Source of the DNA: a virus
Taxonomy: Duplodnaviria > Caudoviricetes
DNA length: 33,260 nt
Direction: 5' to 3' (one strand)
Virus record (IMG/VR): IMGVR_UViG_3300031519_000115
Span: 1 to 33,260 of that record
In this document: in pieces, positions 15,680-24,932 of the stretch
Layout of the letters: each line of letters begins with the position of its first letter
Position numbering within the stretch: the stretch's first letter is position 1
Position numbers and translations under genes: made by a program
The notes under the pieces: generated by a model
What the model was told of the DNA's origin: nothing
What the model saw: only the letters and a program-made list of their open reading frames with translations
Databases searched by the model: none

Positions 15680-15717
15680 AAAAAAAAGGCAAAAAAAAGC
15701 CCCGCAATAAGCAGGGC
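15680..15717 (-). terminator. Rho-independent terminator ending the late/lysis transcript
   Basis: GCCCTGC-ttatt-GCGGGGC followed by T8, downstream of the endolysin. Confidence 0.85.
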
Positions 15718-15733
15718 ATGTTCTATGTGGAAC

Positions 15734-16078
15734 CTAGTAGGACCAGATAACAGGCGCTGTGGTTCGGTCGTCGATGTGAATAAAGGTCTTGGCAATACCT
15801 ATGCCTTTAAAGCCAGCCTTCATGGCCTCAGATACAATTACATAACCTTCGGCGCCGTTGTTGATTTTAACGTCGGCGGCAATCCCACGGCTATGTGTGC
15901 CCGGAGTAGATTTTGCTTTTTCTATGCTGTGGCCTTCTGGGTCACGGTATCCGCTGGTAATCACAAAGGGAAATCCGCAAACGTGCCTGAGCTCATCTAG
16001 CCTCTGCACAAAATCCTGAGACATCTGATTATTACCTGTTTCCTGACAATCAAAGTCAGAGATGCTGAAGTAGCGCAC
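15734..16078 (-). CDS. Peptidase M15A family endolysin
   Basis: YFSISDFDC...LDELR...ITSGYR...HSRGIAAD...GIGIAKTFIHID Zn-peptidase motifs. Confidence 0.9.
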   Translation of the reverse strand: MRYFSISDFDCQETGNNQMSQDFVQRLDELRHVCGFPFVITSGYRDPEGHSIEKAKSTPGTHSRGIAADVKINNGAEGYVIVSEAMKAGFKGIGIAKTFIHIDDRTTAPVIWSY

Positions 16079-16362
16079 TAGTAGGTGCCCTTCCAGATAC
16101 GAAACTTATCAAAGTCGCCAGACAGCATCTTGCGCTTAATGACATCCTTCTTGGCCTCGTGATCATCCCAGTTAAGCCCGGCTTCTTTTACCCACTCAGC
16201 AACAATGTGCATAGGGATTGTGCCGACTAGACGGCTCTCGCCAGTTTGGCCAATGCCAGCCTCTCGGATCTGCTTAGCTTTCTCAATGTGTGCGGTATTA
16301 TCAAAAGTCTTCTCGACAACAATACCTGTCGCGGTTGGCTTAATAATTTCTTTGACTAACAT
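16078..16362 (-). CDS. Hypothetical protein
   Basis: 94 aa; AGGAG RBS; start overlaps the upstream stop, and its stop overlaps the endolysin start. Confidence 0.75.
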   Translation of the reverse strand: MLVKEIIKPTATGIVVEKTFDNTAHIEKAKQIREAGIGQTGESRLVGTIPMHIVAEWVKEAGLNWDDHEAKKDVIKRKMLSGDFDKFRIWKGTY

Positions 16363-16481
16363 TATTTCTTGCTCCTTTTTTTAGCTGGAACCTTTTTCTT
16401 GGTTACTTTTTTAGTTGCCGCTTTTGCAGCAGCCTTGCCTGCCTTTGTATAGGCGTATCTCTGACCATTAACCATTGGCAT
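16362..16481 (-). CDS. Very basic 39-aa protein (MPMVNGQRYAYTKAGKAAAKAATKKVTKKKVPAKKRSKK)
   Basis: Manual translation; GAGG RBS; no acidic residues. Confidence 0.7.
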   Translation of the reverse strand: MPMVNGQRYAYTKAGKAAAKAATKKVTKKKVPAKKRSKK

Positions 16482-16483
16482 GT

Positions 16484-16639
16484 CTATTTCCTCTTTGCAG
16501 TTTTAGCGGCCTTTTTAAAGGCGCTTTTAGTGGGCGCACCCTTCGTGCCGGGTGTGCGCATTTTCTCTACTTTTTTGCCAGCTTCTTTCTGCTTCTTAAT
16601 TCGGGCTCGTTTTTTGTGAATGTTGTCATATAAGCTCAT
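16484..16639 (-). CDS. Very basic 51-aa protein (MSLYDNIHKKRARIKKQ...GAPTKSAFKKAAKTAKRK)
   Basis: Manual translation; GGAG RBS. Confidence 0.75.
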   Translation of the reverse strand: MSLYDNIHKKRARIKKQKEAGKKVEKMRTPGTKGAPTKSAFKKAAKTAKRK

Positions 16640-16640
16640 G

Positions 16641-16898
16641 TCACTTTCTCCGGCTTGTAGCCCCAGAGCACTTCCATCTCTTGCGGCTTAAATTATTGGG
16701 GGTGTTCGGGTCATTTTGCTGAGACTTAGGCAGTGCTTTTTTGATGCCTAAACTTCTAGCGCAGTAGCTGTCGCCTTTGCTGGTGCCCGGCTTTACTCTA
16801 GACCCGCCCGACTTTGCCTTTCCTGCCTGACCATAGGAAACCTTCTTCCCAGAAGATGTAACTTTTACTCTTGCCTTACCTTTAGCTGGCTTTGCCAT
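16641..16898 (-). CDS. Basic hypothetical protein (DUF6321-like)
   Basis: SYCARS...DPNTPNNLSRKRWKC; start ATG 16898 with GGAG RBS. Confidence 0.75.
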   Translation of the reverse strand: MAKPAKGKARVKVTSSGKKVSYGQAGKAKSGGSRVKPGTSKGDSYCARSLGIKKALPKSQQNDPNTPNNLSRKRWKCSGATSRRK

Positions 16899-16907
16899 AT
16901 TCACTCC

Positions 16908-16932
16908 AAAAAAAAGGGGGCCGGAGCCCCCT
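16908..16932 (-). terminator. Rho-independent terminator after the major capsid gene
   Basis: AGGGGGC-tccg-GCCCCCT followed by a T-run. Confidence 0.85.
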
Positions 16933-16949
16933 CTTCTATACTACATTGC

Positions 16950-17906
16950 TTAGGAAACAGTGTTATCAGCAATGATACCAGACGCCTTCTCATTCTTACA
17001 AATCAGAGTCAGCTCAGTAAGTACCTGTCTGCGAGTCGAATCACCAGTCTTAGCAAGTGCAGTGTTCTTAGTTGGACGCAATACGCCAACTGCCCACATG
17101 TCATTTTGCATGATGAATACGTCGCGTGAACGGTTCTCACGAGTAGGAACAAACTCCACAGTGCCCCAAGGCGTTACATAGACTGCAAGGCTTTTAACAA
17201 CTTTCTCATCACCGGCCTGAACCTGTGAGCGCTGGTTGTTATTACCTGTAAAGCCAAGTGCAATGTTCATTTGGAAGCTAGACAGATAAACTGCGTCTGG
17301 CTTTCCGCCCTGTGCCCAGATGCTTTGCATAGTCGTGTCAAAACGTGCCTGAGAAAATGCAACAGCGGTGCCGTCGTCAGTTCGTGCATCAGTACCGTCG
17401 CCGGTAGGATCAGCACCAGAGTTACCAGTTTCGTTGGTAGAGTTAGTTACCAACCAAGCTGGAGCGCCAGCAAGCTCACGAGCAGTAGTTGCGTTACCAG
17501 CAACGCGAGCGTTGTTAGCAAACAAAGCTGCTTCTATGTCTAATTTTTGTTCTTTTGCAATTTTCAGGGTTTGGTAAGCTTGCTCCGCTGCGCGGCCTGC
17601 TTTCTTTAAGCCTTCGTCAGTGTCAGGGATGCTAACAGAATTCTTGAATATCTGCGTATAATTCCCAAGACGGACTGTAGCAGCACGGGCTTCAGAAGCT
17701 GTATCATCTCCCTCAATGTGCTTATTGTCAGCGCTTGCGCGTAGGGTGTCGGTTTGCCACTCGTGCAGAGTATTGCTGGCTTTGACTTTCTTACAAGCTG
17801 AGTAGAATGGGGTCTCTTCGGGACTAATTTGATAAATTACGTCCTCCAAATCTTCCCTTATTCCTTTTGCGTCATATGAGTCGAACGTGTTTGTTGGCTG
17901 AGCCAT
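16950..17906 (-). CDS. Major capsid protein (DUF5309/SU10-type)
   Basis: GIREDLEDVIYQISPEETPF...HEWQTDTL...NYTQIF...ELTLICKNEKA; downstream of the scaffold; followed by a terminator. Confidence 0.92.
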   Translation of the reverse strand: MAQPTNTFDSYDAKGIREDLEDVIYQISPEETPFYSACKKVKASNTLHEWQTDTLRASADNKHIEGDDTASEARAATVRLGNYTQIFKNSVSIPDTDEGLKKAGRAAEQAYQTLKIAKEQKLDIEAALFANNARVAGNATTARELAGAPAWLVTNSTNETGNSGADPTGDGTDARTDDGTAVAFSQARFDTTMQSIWAQGGKPDAVYLSSFQMNIALGFTGNNNQRSQVQAGDEKVVKSLAVYVTPWGTVEFVPTRENRSRDVFIMQNDMWAVGVLRPTKNTALAKTGDSTRRQVLTELTLICKNEKASGIIADNTVS

Positions 17907-17917
17907 GATGTATTACC

Positions 17918-18907
17918 TCAATTTTTTAGGATTAAGCTGAGAGCATCTTCAATACTCCCGCTGGATTTAAGTTTTGATCGTCTCTTCTCGGTCGCCTTTT
18001 TACTGCTATTTGTCGGTTTAGCACCAGCCTTCACTGTCCGCGATCTGCGTTTTGCAGGGTTGGCTTTGTCTTCCGCAGCTTTCTTCCCATTCATAATTTC
18101 ACGGTATTTCATGGCGTCGTGCAATACTCTGATTGCCCGGCTGTCCATTACTTGACCGATCTCTTCTGGCTGATATCCATAGACTTCCGAGCCAACAGCT
18201 AACATCTTATCGCGTACTGCGGATGCTTTCTTCTCGTCGGAAAATTCAGGAATCTGCTGTTTCAGGGTTTCCAATTCTTGGTGTAGGTATGCCTGCGTAG
18301 CGGCCTGCTGCGCTTGAGATTGCTGTTGTGTCACAGCCTCAAGTTGTTGCATCTGACCACTATATGCCGCAACGTCGTCATCGTATTTTAATTTGGCATC
18401 CATGTACCCAATAGGGTCGGTGTCAAACAATTCTCGTGACGGCTGTTGTGGCGCCTGCATCATTCCACCAGATTGTATCTGCTGGTACATTTGAGCAATA
18501 TTTTGGCGCTCGTGTAAAAGGGCATTGTAAACCTCTTCGGCCTGCTTACGCTGCGTCGCAGCTTCTTGCATACCCCTTTGGACGTACTTCTGACCACTGT
18601 ATCCTTGCTTGAGCTCATCTAAGGTTACAGCCACTTCCTGTCCATCTACTTTGACAGTGAATGACTGGCCTTCTTGGGCGGCATCTTCAGTATCTTCGTC
18701 GTCCTCGGAATCATCCGTTTCCTCATCTGACTCATCATCCTCATCGGAGTCGTCGTCAGGAGCCTCATCATCTTCATCGGACTCTTCTGATTCTTCTTCG
18801 GGCAGTTCATCCTGCGCCTCCAAATCTTCTTCAGGTTCAATAATGCTGGCTACAGCACCTTCAATGGTGCCATCAAATTCTACTTCTTGGTTCTCAGTCG
18901 TTTCCAC
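17918..18907 (-). CDS. Capsid scaffolding protein
   Basis: Acidic N-terminus, FTVKVDGQEVAVTLDELKQGYS motif, coiled coil, basic C-terminus; between portal and capsid. Confidence 0.88.
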   Translation of the reverse strand: METTENQEVEFDGTIEGAVASIIEPEEDLEAQDELPEEESEESDEDDEAPDDDSDEDDESDEETDDSEDDEDTEDAAQEGQSFTVKVDGQEVAVTLDELKQGYSGQKYVQRGMQEAATQRKQAEEVYNALLHERQNIAQMYQQIQSGGMMQAPQQPSRELFDTDPIGYMDAKLKYDDDVAAYSGQMQQLEAVTQQQSQAQQAATQAYLHQELETLKQQIPEFSDEKKASAVRDKMLAVGSEVYGYQPEEIGQVMDSRAIRVLHDAMKYREIMNGKKAAEDKANPAKRRSRTVKAGAKPTNSSKKATEKRRSKLKSSGSIEDALSLILKN

Positions 18908-19146
18908 GGTGCTGTTCCTTTCTCTTTCTTGTCGAGTATTGCCTCGTCCGCTAATACGGTGTGGAAGTAATCTTCGATCTTATCTAGCGCCCTGATTATA
19001 TCATGCGCATCGGTAATAGCCTCACATTGAGACTGGCTGTTCAGGAATACATTAACTTGCGCATCCCGAATCTCTTTAATGACTTCCTTATAGGTGTCGT
19101 CATTGCTAAGCGTCCGTACTCTGGCCGCTTTTGCTTTAATATTCAA
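18880..19146 (-). CDS. Small head-module protein
   Basis: 88-aa ORF coupled to the portal stop (ATGA). Confidence 0.7.
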   Translation of the reverse strand: MNIKAKAARVRTLSNDDTYKEVIKEIRDAQVNVFLNSQSQCEAITDAHDIIRALDKIEDYFHTVLADEAILDKKEKGTAPWKRLRTKK

Positions 19147-21239
19147 AATCTACCGCCGGTTACAGCTTGTGCAGGGGCTTCTGCCGGGTATCTAGGCACG
19201 TTCTGCATCTGCTTAACTTGCGCTACATCTACTGCTGTGCCGTACTTACCAAGAATCTCAGCGGCGCTAACCAGTAGGTTCTGGTCCATCTTATCACGCT
19301 CCCGGTCATCTGCTGCAATAGCCTTCTGGGCATCAATCTGGAGCTTAGCCATGTCAGTCTGAGCTTTAGCCTCGGCCTTTAACTGCTCTGCCTGTAGATA
19401 GGCTGTGCCTTGATCCATTGGCGGCTGTTGCTCACCCTGCTGCTGCTGCGCTAATAACTGCTGCTCTTGCTCTGGGCTCATAGGCGCAAAGTATCTGTCG
19501 GCATTTCTTACGCCATTTAACGCCAGCATGTCTGCCAGTGTATTGCGGATCTGCGACATCGAAACCAGCCCATTTGACGGTCCATAGCTCTGGAATATTT
19601 GCATCTGCATTTGCAGCGCCTGAGTCAAGGCAGCATTTCTTTGGTCCTCACGACCAGTGCCCAAACCAACATTCACAGAGGTATCCATCTTCTTGTTCCA
19701 AGACCGTGGATCAACCGGGATGTAATCTTCACCGCTAATGCGCATTATTTTTGCTTCGTCACAATTTTCTATGACTAACTTTAGCATCAGTTTGAACATC
19801 TGGCGAACACCGCCTTCAGCCAGATTCCTAGCCATTACCTCAATCTGCCCGGCAGCTCCCTGCATTGTAGCATTTACTGCGGTTGCAGTAGTAGCCTGTA
19901 GGGCGTCAGGGTTAAGACCTAAACTAGCTCTAGATATGCCTACTTTTTGCTCAATAGCTGAGTCGTAGTATTCAATGGCCGATAACGTCTGTGCAGCAAC
20001 AAACGGCACGGTGAGAGGGACAATTGCCCCGCCCTGACGCACTCGGACGATTCCGCCGATTTCGTTATTTAGCATGTCATCCATGTTAACTGCGCCATCG
20101 ATGACTTCGGTGCGGGGGTGGTTAGTTAGTGCAACATTATCTAACACTCCGCGCAGCATCATTGTGGCAGCGTCTTGGTCCTCGCATAGTAGGTCAGCAA
20201 TAGACTTGCCATAAAAAGTGTGAGGCTCAGGGTCAATTTCAAACGCAGCAAACGGCTGGTCTCCCCAAGGCTCAAAGCTTAATAGCTCATATGCAGATCC
20301 GCCCAGAACAACTTTTTGCATTTCTGCAACGCCAGTTCCGTTTACGTCTATCTTCATGTACAGCTCGGTAAGAGCCACAATGCGCATAGACGGGTCCATA
20401 GCATTATCGTCTTGCTGGTAATCCTGCTCATAGCCTCGACGCTCATAGCGCTCGACATCAGAGAAGGTGTCAGAGTGACCTAACCCAGACAGCTCAGACA
20501 CAACATCAAAGTCGTAACCCATTGCTACCAAGTCACTTACTCTGACCTCGGTTCTGTGGCCAACAACGTATGCCGTATCGATACTCTTTGCGTTACGATC
20601 AATAAAAAACTCTTCAGGCGGAACAGACTCAACACAAAGGTCGCCCATTTCGTTGATCTTGCTAACCTTCAAATCATGGCGCGGCATTTCTATTTCAGCG
20701 CCAAACTCGTCTAGCTCGATAGAGATGTTAGTAATGTGCTCTACAACTTCAACATTCTGCTCATTGACGATGGTAGAAAATTCCATGTCATTCAAGTTGT
20801 TAAATGTGTACGTTTCGCTCTCTTCGTATGTATCCCAATAGACCTTAACAATTCCGGTCTTTTTCAAAAGGGCATCATGGAAAACGTCATTTAATACATC
20901 GTATCCGTTCAGCTCTTGGAACTTATACTGGATGTATTTAGTAGCCTGCTCGGCAAATTTAATATCTTCTGGACCTGTAGGCACAAACTCAACCGGGCGA
21001 TCAGTAGATAGGAATACTCTAAGCAAGCTTGGCTTGATAGATCTAATGGCGTCGCGGACCTTGGTTGAGACGACAGATGACCTGCCTTCTTCTTCGCCAA
21101 TATCGACTTCTCCGTTGTAGTAGCGTTGGGCCTTAATTCGGTCCTCAGCTACATCACTTTCAACAAAATCAATAGCGTCCAAAATTGCTTCACGCGCAAT
21201 GTTCTCAACGTCATCTGCTTCTAATGGTTTAAGTTCCAC
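19143..21239 (-). CDS. Portal protein
   Basis: 698 aa; GTG start with AGGAG RBS; RYYNGE...GRSSVVS..VRDAI, FHDALLKKTGIVKVYWD, PHTFYGKSIADL; Gln-rich C-terminal barrel-like region. Confidence 0.92.
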   Translation of the reverse strand: MELKPLEADDVENIAREAILDAIDFVESDVAEDRIKAQRYYNGEVDIGEEEGRSSVVSTKVRDAIRSIKPSLLRVFLSTDRPVEFVPTGPEDIKFAEQATKYIQYKFQELNGYDVLNDVFHDALLKKTGIVKVYWDTYEESETYTFNNLNDMEFSTIVNEQNVEVVEHITNISIELDEFGAEIEMPRHDLKVSKINEMGDLCVESVPPEEFFIDRNAKSIDTAYVVGHRTEVRVSDLVAMGYDFDVVSELSGLGHSDTFSDVERYERRGYEQDYQQDDNAMDPSMRIVALTELYMKIDVNGTGVAEMQKVVLGGSAYELLSFEPWGDQPFAAFEIDPEPHTFYGKSIADLLCEDQDAATMMLRGVLDNVALTNHPRTEVIDGAVNMDDMLNNEIGGIVRVRQGGAIVPLTVPFVAAQTLSAIEYYDSAIEQKVGISRASLGLNPDALQATTATAVNATMQGAAGQIEVMARNLAEGGVRQMFKLMLKLVIENCDEAKIMRISGEDYIPVDPRSWNKKMDTSVNVGLGTGREDQRNAALTQALQMQMQIFQSYGPSNGLVSMSQIRNTLADMLALNGVRNADRYFAPMSPEQEQQLLAQQQQGEQQPPMDQGTAYLQAEQLKAEAKAQTDMAKLQIDAQKAIAADDRERDKMDQNLLVSAAEILGKYGTAVDVAQVKQMQNVPRYPAEAPAQAVTGGRF

Positions 21240-21248
21240 TTACTACTC

Positions 21249-23234
21249 CTAGAAAAATTTACCAACCTTAGCCGGAATTGGATCTGCCCCGCCGGGAATT
21301 TGGGCGCCTTGCTGTGATCCTGCTGTTCTAGCTGTCTTGGCAACACGGGCCGCTAGAACATCAGCTTTTTTGAGAAGCTCACCAGTGAAGGTATTGTCTT
21401 TTAATGCTCGCTCTACTAGCTCTGGCGACTCAGAATACAGCATTTTGACTACTTCTACCATCTGTCGGTCTGACAGACCTTCAGCAGAGGGGACCATGTT
21501 CATCATTAATTTGGCTACCGCTAACGGGTCTCCACCTAAGCCTCTGGCAACGTCATCCATCCCAACGCCGCTGCCTCGCAGCTTAGCTTCACGCTGCAAA
21601 GCTTGAGTCATAGACTGAGCCCTTGGCTGAAGAATCTTATCCATTGACGTAGCTTCTGCGGCCCTGCCTACCTTGCCTAACACTTGAGGCGCCTGATTTT
21701 CAGGAAGCAATATTCTTAGAGCCGCACCTAGCTGAACATCCTCTTTAGCCATATTCTCTAGCGTTGTTCCACTACGCCGCGCTCGGTTATTTAATGCCTG
21801 CATAGCTCCAGCTCTAAATGCATCCAAGCTTTCTGCTGGCATTTTTTGAACAATAATCTCAAGCTCATCAACATCCATTGTTAAAGCTCTTTTTTGGCCT
21901 AGCTCAAAAGCCTCGTTCTGAGACTTCATACCGGCATAACCAGCTCGCGCCTTACCAAGATCTGGGGAAGATGAATCAATCGACTCGCGCAAACCGCCTT
22001 CTTGCCTGCCTACAATCCCAGCCAATCTACCCCGATTTTCGGTGTACAAAGATTGCGTGGTTTCTTTAGCAACTCTCCGCATTCCCTCCGCATCTTCCAA
22101 AGTTGGCATTCTATTAAACTCAACAGAACCATCTGGAAGTGTTTTAAATAACGGAACTATGCCCTCTGCATTGTAAATCTGCTCAAGCTCTTTACGCATG
22201 TCTGGGGATCGCTGAGCAATATTCAGCATCTGATCTGAAACCTCTGGGGTTACAGTTTGGCTTTCCGGTTTTGCATAAACTTTACTGTAAGCGTCAGACC
22301 TGTCTTCTTTTAGCTGAGCCTCTGTTGCCTGACGTGCTCTAAGCACGTTTGGATCATCAATGTCTGGGGCTAAAGCGCGGTTTAGTGACTCCTTCGCCTC
22401 TGCTGTTGTGGATTCTCTTCTGGCTCCACTAGCACTAAGTATTGCCGGAGCTGTGTCGCCACCTTCATTTACCATGCCTTTAATAGCAGCAGAAAGAGTT
22501 GCGTTATCAGCAATAATACGGCCATTGGCGACGTCTGATATTACTTCATCAACAGTCAATCCGGTTGCCTTTACTAATCGTAATAACTCAGCTTGCACGG
22601 CGGAGTCAGCGCCTTTCATTTTGCGCCTAGTGAAATCCGCAAGACCTCGTGCCAGCTTACCAGCTTTTCCCATAACTTTTTCTGCGGCTGTACCTACAAT
22701 AGCTCCTGTGCCAGTTCCTAACGCTACATCCTGCAATGACTGCCCACTAATAGGGTTAGCCTCAGATGTTCCAATTGCTGACAGCGCAGATTCGCCTGCC
22801 GCGACTTTCAGAATGCGAGCCGTATTAGCCGCAGCACCCGTCGCTCCAATTCCCGTTAGTGACATAAGAATAGATGGAATAAAAGCACCGGCCAACTCTA
22901 TACCTAGTGACTCGCTACCATTTTGCTCTTTATAGTCGCGTAAATTTTTTCTTAACTCATTTCTAATTTGTTCATACTCGCCGCCACCTAATGATTCAGG
23001 TAGCACAGATCGAACAGCAGCCTCAATTTCTTCACTAAAACCAAAAGACGCACCCTGAGCAAATGTGCGCCCACGCTGAGATTCAGCTACAAAAGAGGGC
23101 AAAGACCCACCTGAAGCAAGAATTTTAAGCTCTTCGTTTGAAAGCTGATCTACGGATTTAGGTTGCTGGCCAGTATTTTCTGCCGCAACAATTGCCTGAA
23201 GCTCCTCATTAGTAAGCTGCTCTACGCCTCTCAT
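21249..23234 (-). CDS. Internal virion (DNA ejection) protein, large
   Basis: 661 aa, Ala-rich and helical; GRTFAQGASFGFSEEIEA motif and hydrophobic segments; position in the ejection cluster. Confidence 0.7.
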   Translation of the reverse strand: MRGVEQLTNEELQAIVAAENTGQQPKSVDQLSNEELKILASGGSLPSFVAESQRGRTFAQGASFGFSEEIEAAVRSVLPESLGGGEYEQIRNELRKNLRDYKEQNGSESLGIELAGAFIPSILMSLTGIGATGAAANTARILKVAAGESALSAIGTSEANPISGQSLQDVALGTGTGAIVGTAAEKVMGKAGKLARGLADFTRRKMKGADSAVQAELLRLVKATGLTVDEVISDVANGRIIADNATLSAAIKGMVNEGGDTAPAILSASGARRESTTAEAKESLNRALAPDIDDPNVLRARQATEAQLKEDRSDAYSKVYAKPESQTVTPEVSDQMLNIAQRSPDMRKELEQIYNAEGIVPLFKTLPDGSVEFNRMPTLEDAEGMRRVAKETTQSLYTENRGRLAGIVGRQEGGLRESIDSSSPDLGKARAGYAGMKSQNEAFELGQKRALTMDVDELEIIVQKMPAESLDAFRAGAMQALNNRARRSGTTLENMAKEDVQLGAALRILLPENQAPQVLGKVGRAAEATSMDKILQPRAQSMTQALQREAKLRGSGVGMDDVARGLGGDPLAVAKLMMNMVPSAEGLSDRQMVEVVKMLYSESPELVERALKDNTFTGELLKKADVLAARVAKTARTAGSQQGAQIPGGADPIPAKVGKFF

Positions 23235-24416
23235 TTACAAACCCCTTTTCTTTAATTCTGCCAAAGCAGCATTGGCATCAACCTTGCCAATTGTGGAATT
23301 GCCGGTTGGTAAATTGTCTATTGCTTGTCTTTGAGCGTCAGTTAACAAAGGCTGGTTTAATATTAATTTTTTCTGTGAAAAATAATCTTTTCTTTCCATA
23401 CCTCCACTATAAAATTTAGCCGCAAGCTCGCCTAATTCCATTTGCATTCTAGCCATAGCCTCCAAACCCGCATGTGCCACAGCTCTAGCTTCTGGGCTCT
23501 GCGCAATAGAACCGCCTCGCGATTTAATTCTTACGGCGTCTGCGTCTGTTATTACTCCGCTGCCGGGTACTCGTAAAGCGCTAACCAACCCTTCTAGGGT
23601 CTGCCTATATGCATCAACAGAGCTTCCAGCAAAGCCTTCTGGGAGCAGGTTTTTAAGAGGCCCTAGCTTAGCAACAAACCCTTCTGTGCCAGCGTAAGGG
23701 GACAAAGCCTTTAGCTGCGCCACTGAAGCGGCAAGCTCACGCCCTTTAGTGTAAAGTTTCTCATCCGCCTCAATGGCAGCCGCCTGATTCTTGGCGATAC
23801 TTGTGTCGAACTCTAAATCTACTTGCTGGCCTAGACTTAATCCGCCACCAGCCATCTGAATATCAAAGTCCGTTCTAGTTCCCGTAAAGCCATCCTCTAC
23901 GGCTTGCTCATACGCAGACTGACCTCCACCAAACTTTAAGCTTTGAGTAACGTATTTTTGGTATATTTCTTTGGCATATTGAGGGTTTGCGCTAATCATA
24001 TTAGCCGCCTCACCAGCAAGCTTGTCGCCGTTTTTCGCTAACCTCATTAACTCAGAGACAGTTTGGTTAGCAGTGCTACCCAGTCTTTTCTGTTTCTGGC
24101 GATCAACATATGCCTGCTGTATTCCAGCGTCAGGTGCATAGCGCATAGTATTGAACATGGCCTGCAAATCTTGCATCTTCTCTTTGTCGCCAACAAAATT
24201 TTGGATGCCTGAGCCAAGGCGAGATAACAATCCCTGCTTAGGCTGAGGGGGCTGTTGAGGAGCTTGCGGGGGAGCCTGTTGAACCTGAAACTGCTTAGGC
24301 ATTGCTCCGCCCATTGGCTGGTTAAACTTAGCCATAGGATTAAAGCCAGCAGCCGGGTTAAACGTGCCGTTAGCTTTAAGGCGATCCATCTCTGCCTGCA
24401 TCTGTTCTGGTGTCAT
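23235..24416 (-). CDS. Internal virion (DNA ejection) protein
   Basis: 393 aa; Gln/Pro-rich N-terminus; LRVPGSGVITDAD motif; ejection-cluster context. Confidence 0.65.
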   Translation of the reverse strand: MTPEQMQAEMDRLKANGTFNPAAGFNPMAKFNQPMGGAMPKQFQVQQAPPQAPQQPPQPKQGLLSRLGSGIQNFVGDKEKMQDLQAMFNTMRYAPDAGIQQAYVDRQKQKRLGSTANQTVSELMRLAKNGDKLAGEAANMISANPQYAKEIYQKYVTQSLKFGGGQSAYEQAVEDGFTGTRTDFDIQMAGGGLSLGQQVDLEFDTSIAKNQAAAIEADEKLYTKGRELAASVAQLKALSPYAGTEGFVAKLGPLKNLLPEGFAGSSVDAYRQTLEGLVSALRVPGSGVITDADAVRIKSRGGSIAQSPEARAVAHAGLEAMARMQMELGELAAKFYSGGMERKDYFSQKKLILNQPLLTDAQRQAIDNLPTGNSTIGKVDANAALAELKKRGL

Positions 24417-24421
24417 TATGG

Positions 24422-24931
24422 TTACGCTCCCATTTTACCGATTAAAGCCAGAAGGCCGCTCATATCGACGTCGCCTTCATTTGTCTGACCGGGCATCATT
24501 GGCTGTCCCATATTTGGAATCTCAGGCAATGGCATCATACCGCCGCCGCGCTGTAGTGGTAGCATTCCCGGAGGCTGGTATTGGTGAGACATACCCTGCA
24601 TCGCGTTACCTATTCTATCTGCCATACCCGGCTGCTGAGCATTTTGCATTGCCTGACCAAACGCTGCATCAGTTGCTGGGTTGCCTTGAGCCATTGCCTG
24701 ACCTATTGCCGCAGTATTATCCATTGCACCAGTGTTAGGCGCCATGTTGGGATCTAGCAGTTGAGCCGCATCCGTAGGTAGAGCTAAGCTTGGAGCTGTA
24801 GGACCGAGATTCATCATATCCCCGGTGTTGGCTTTCATGCCCTCAATTAATGCAGGGTCAACCATACCGGCACTCTCCATCATCTTGCGGAGCATCTCTT
24901 CTTTGTCATCTTCTTTCTTATATCCAAACAT
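24422..24931 (-). CDS. Met/Pro/Gln-rich low-complexity protein, probably virion-internal
   Basis: ORF 24422..24955; probable start ATG 24931, immediately after the upstream stop. Confidence 0.6.
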   Translation of the reverse strand: MFGYKKEDDKEEMLRKMMESAGMVDPALIEGMKANTGDMMNLGPTAPSLALPTDAAQLLDPNMAPNTGAMDNTAAIGQAMAQGNPATDAAFGQAMQNAQQPGMADRIGNAMQGMSHQYQPPGMLPLQRGGGMMPLPEIPNMGQPMMPGQTNEGDVDMSGLLALIGKMGA

Positions 24932-24932
24932 C

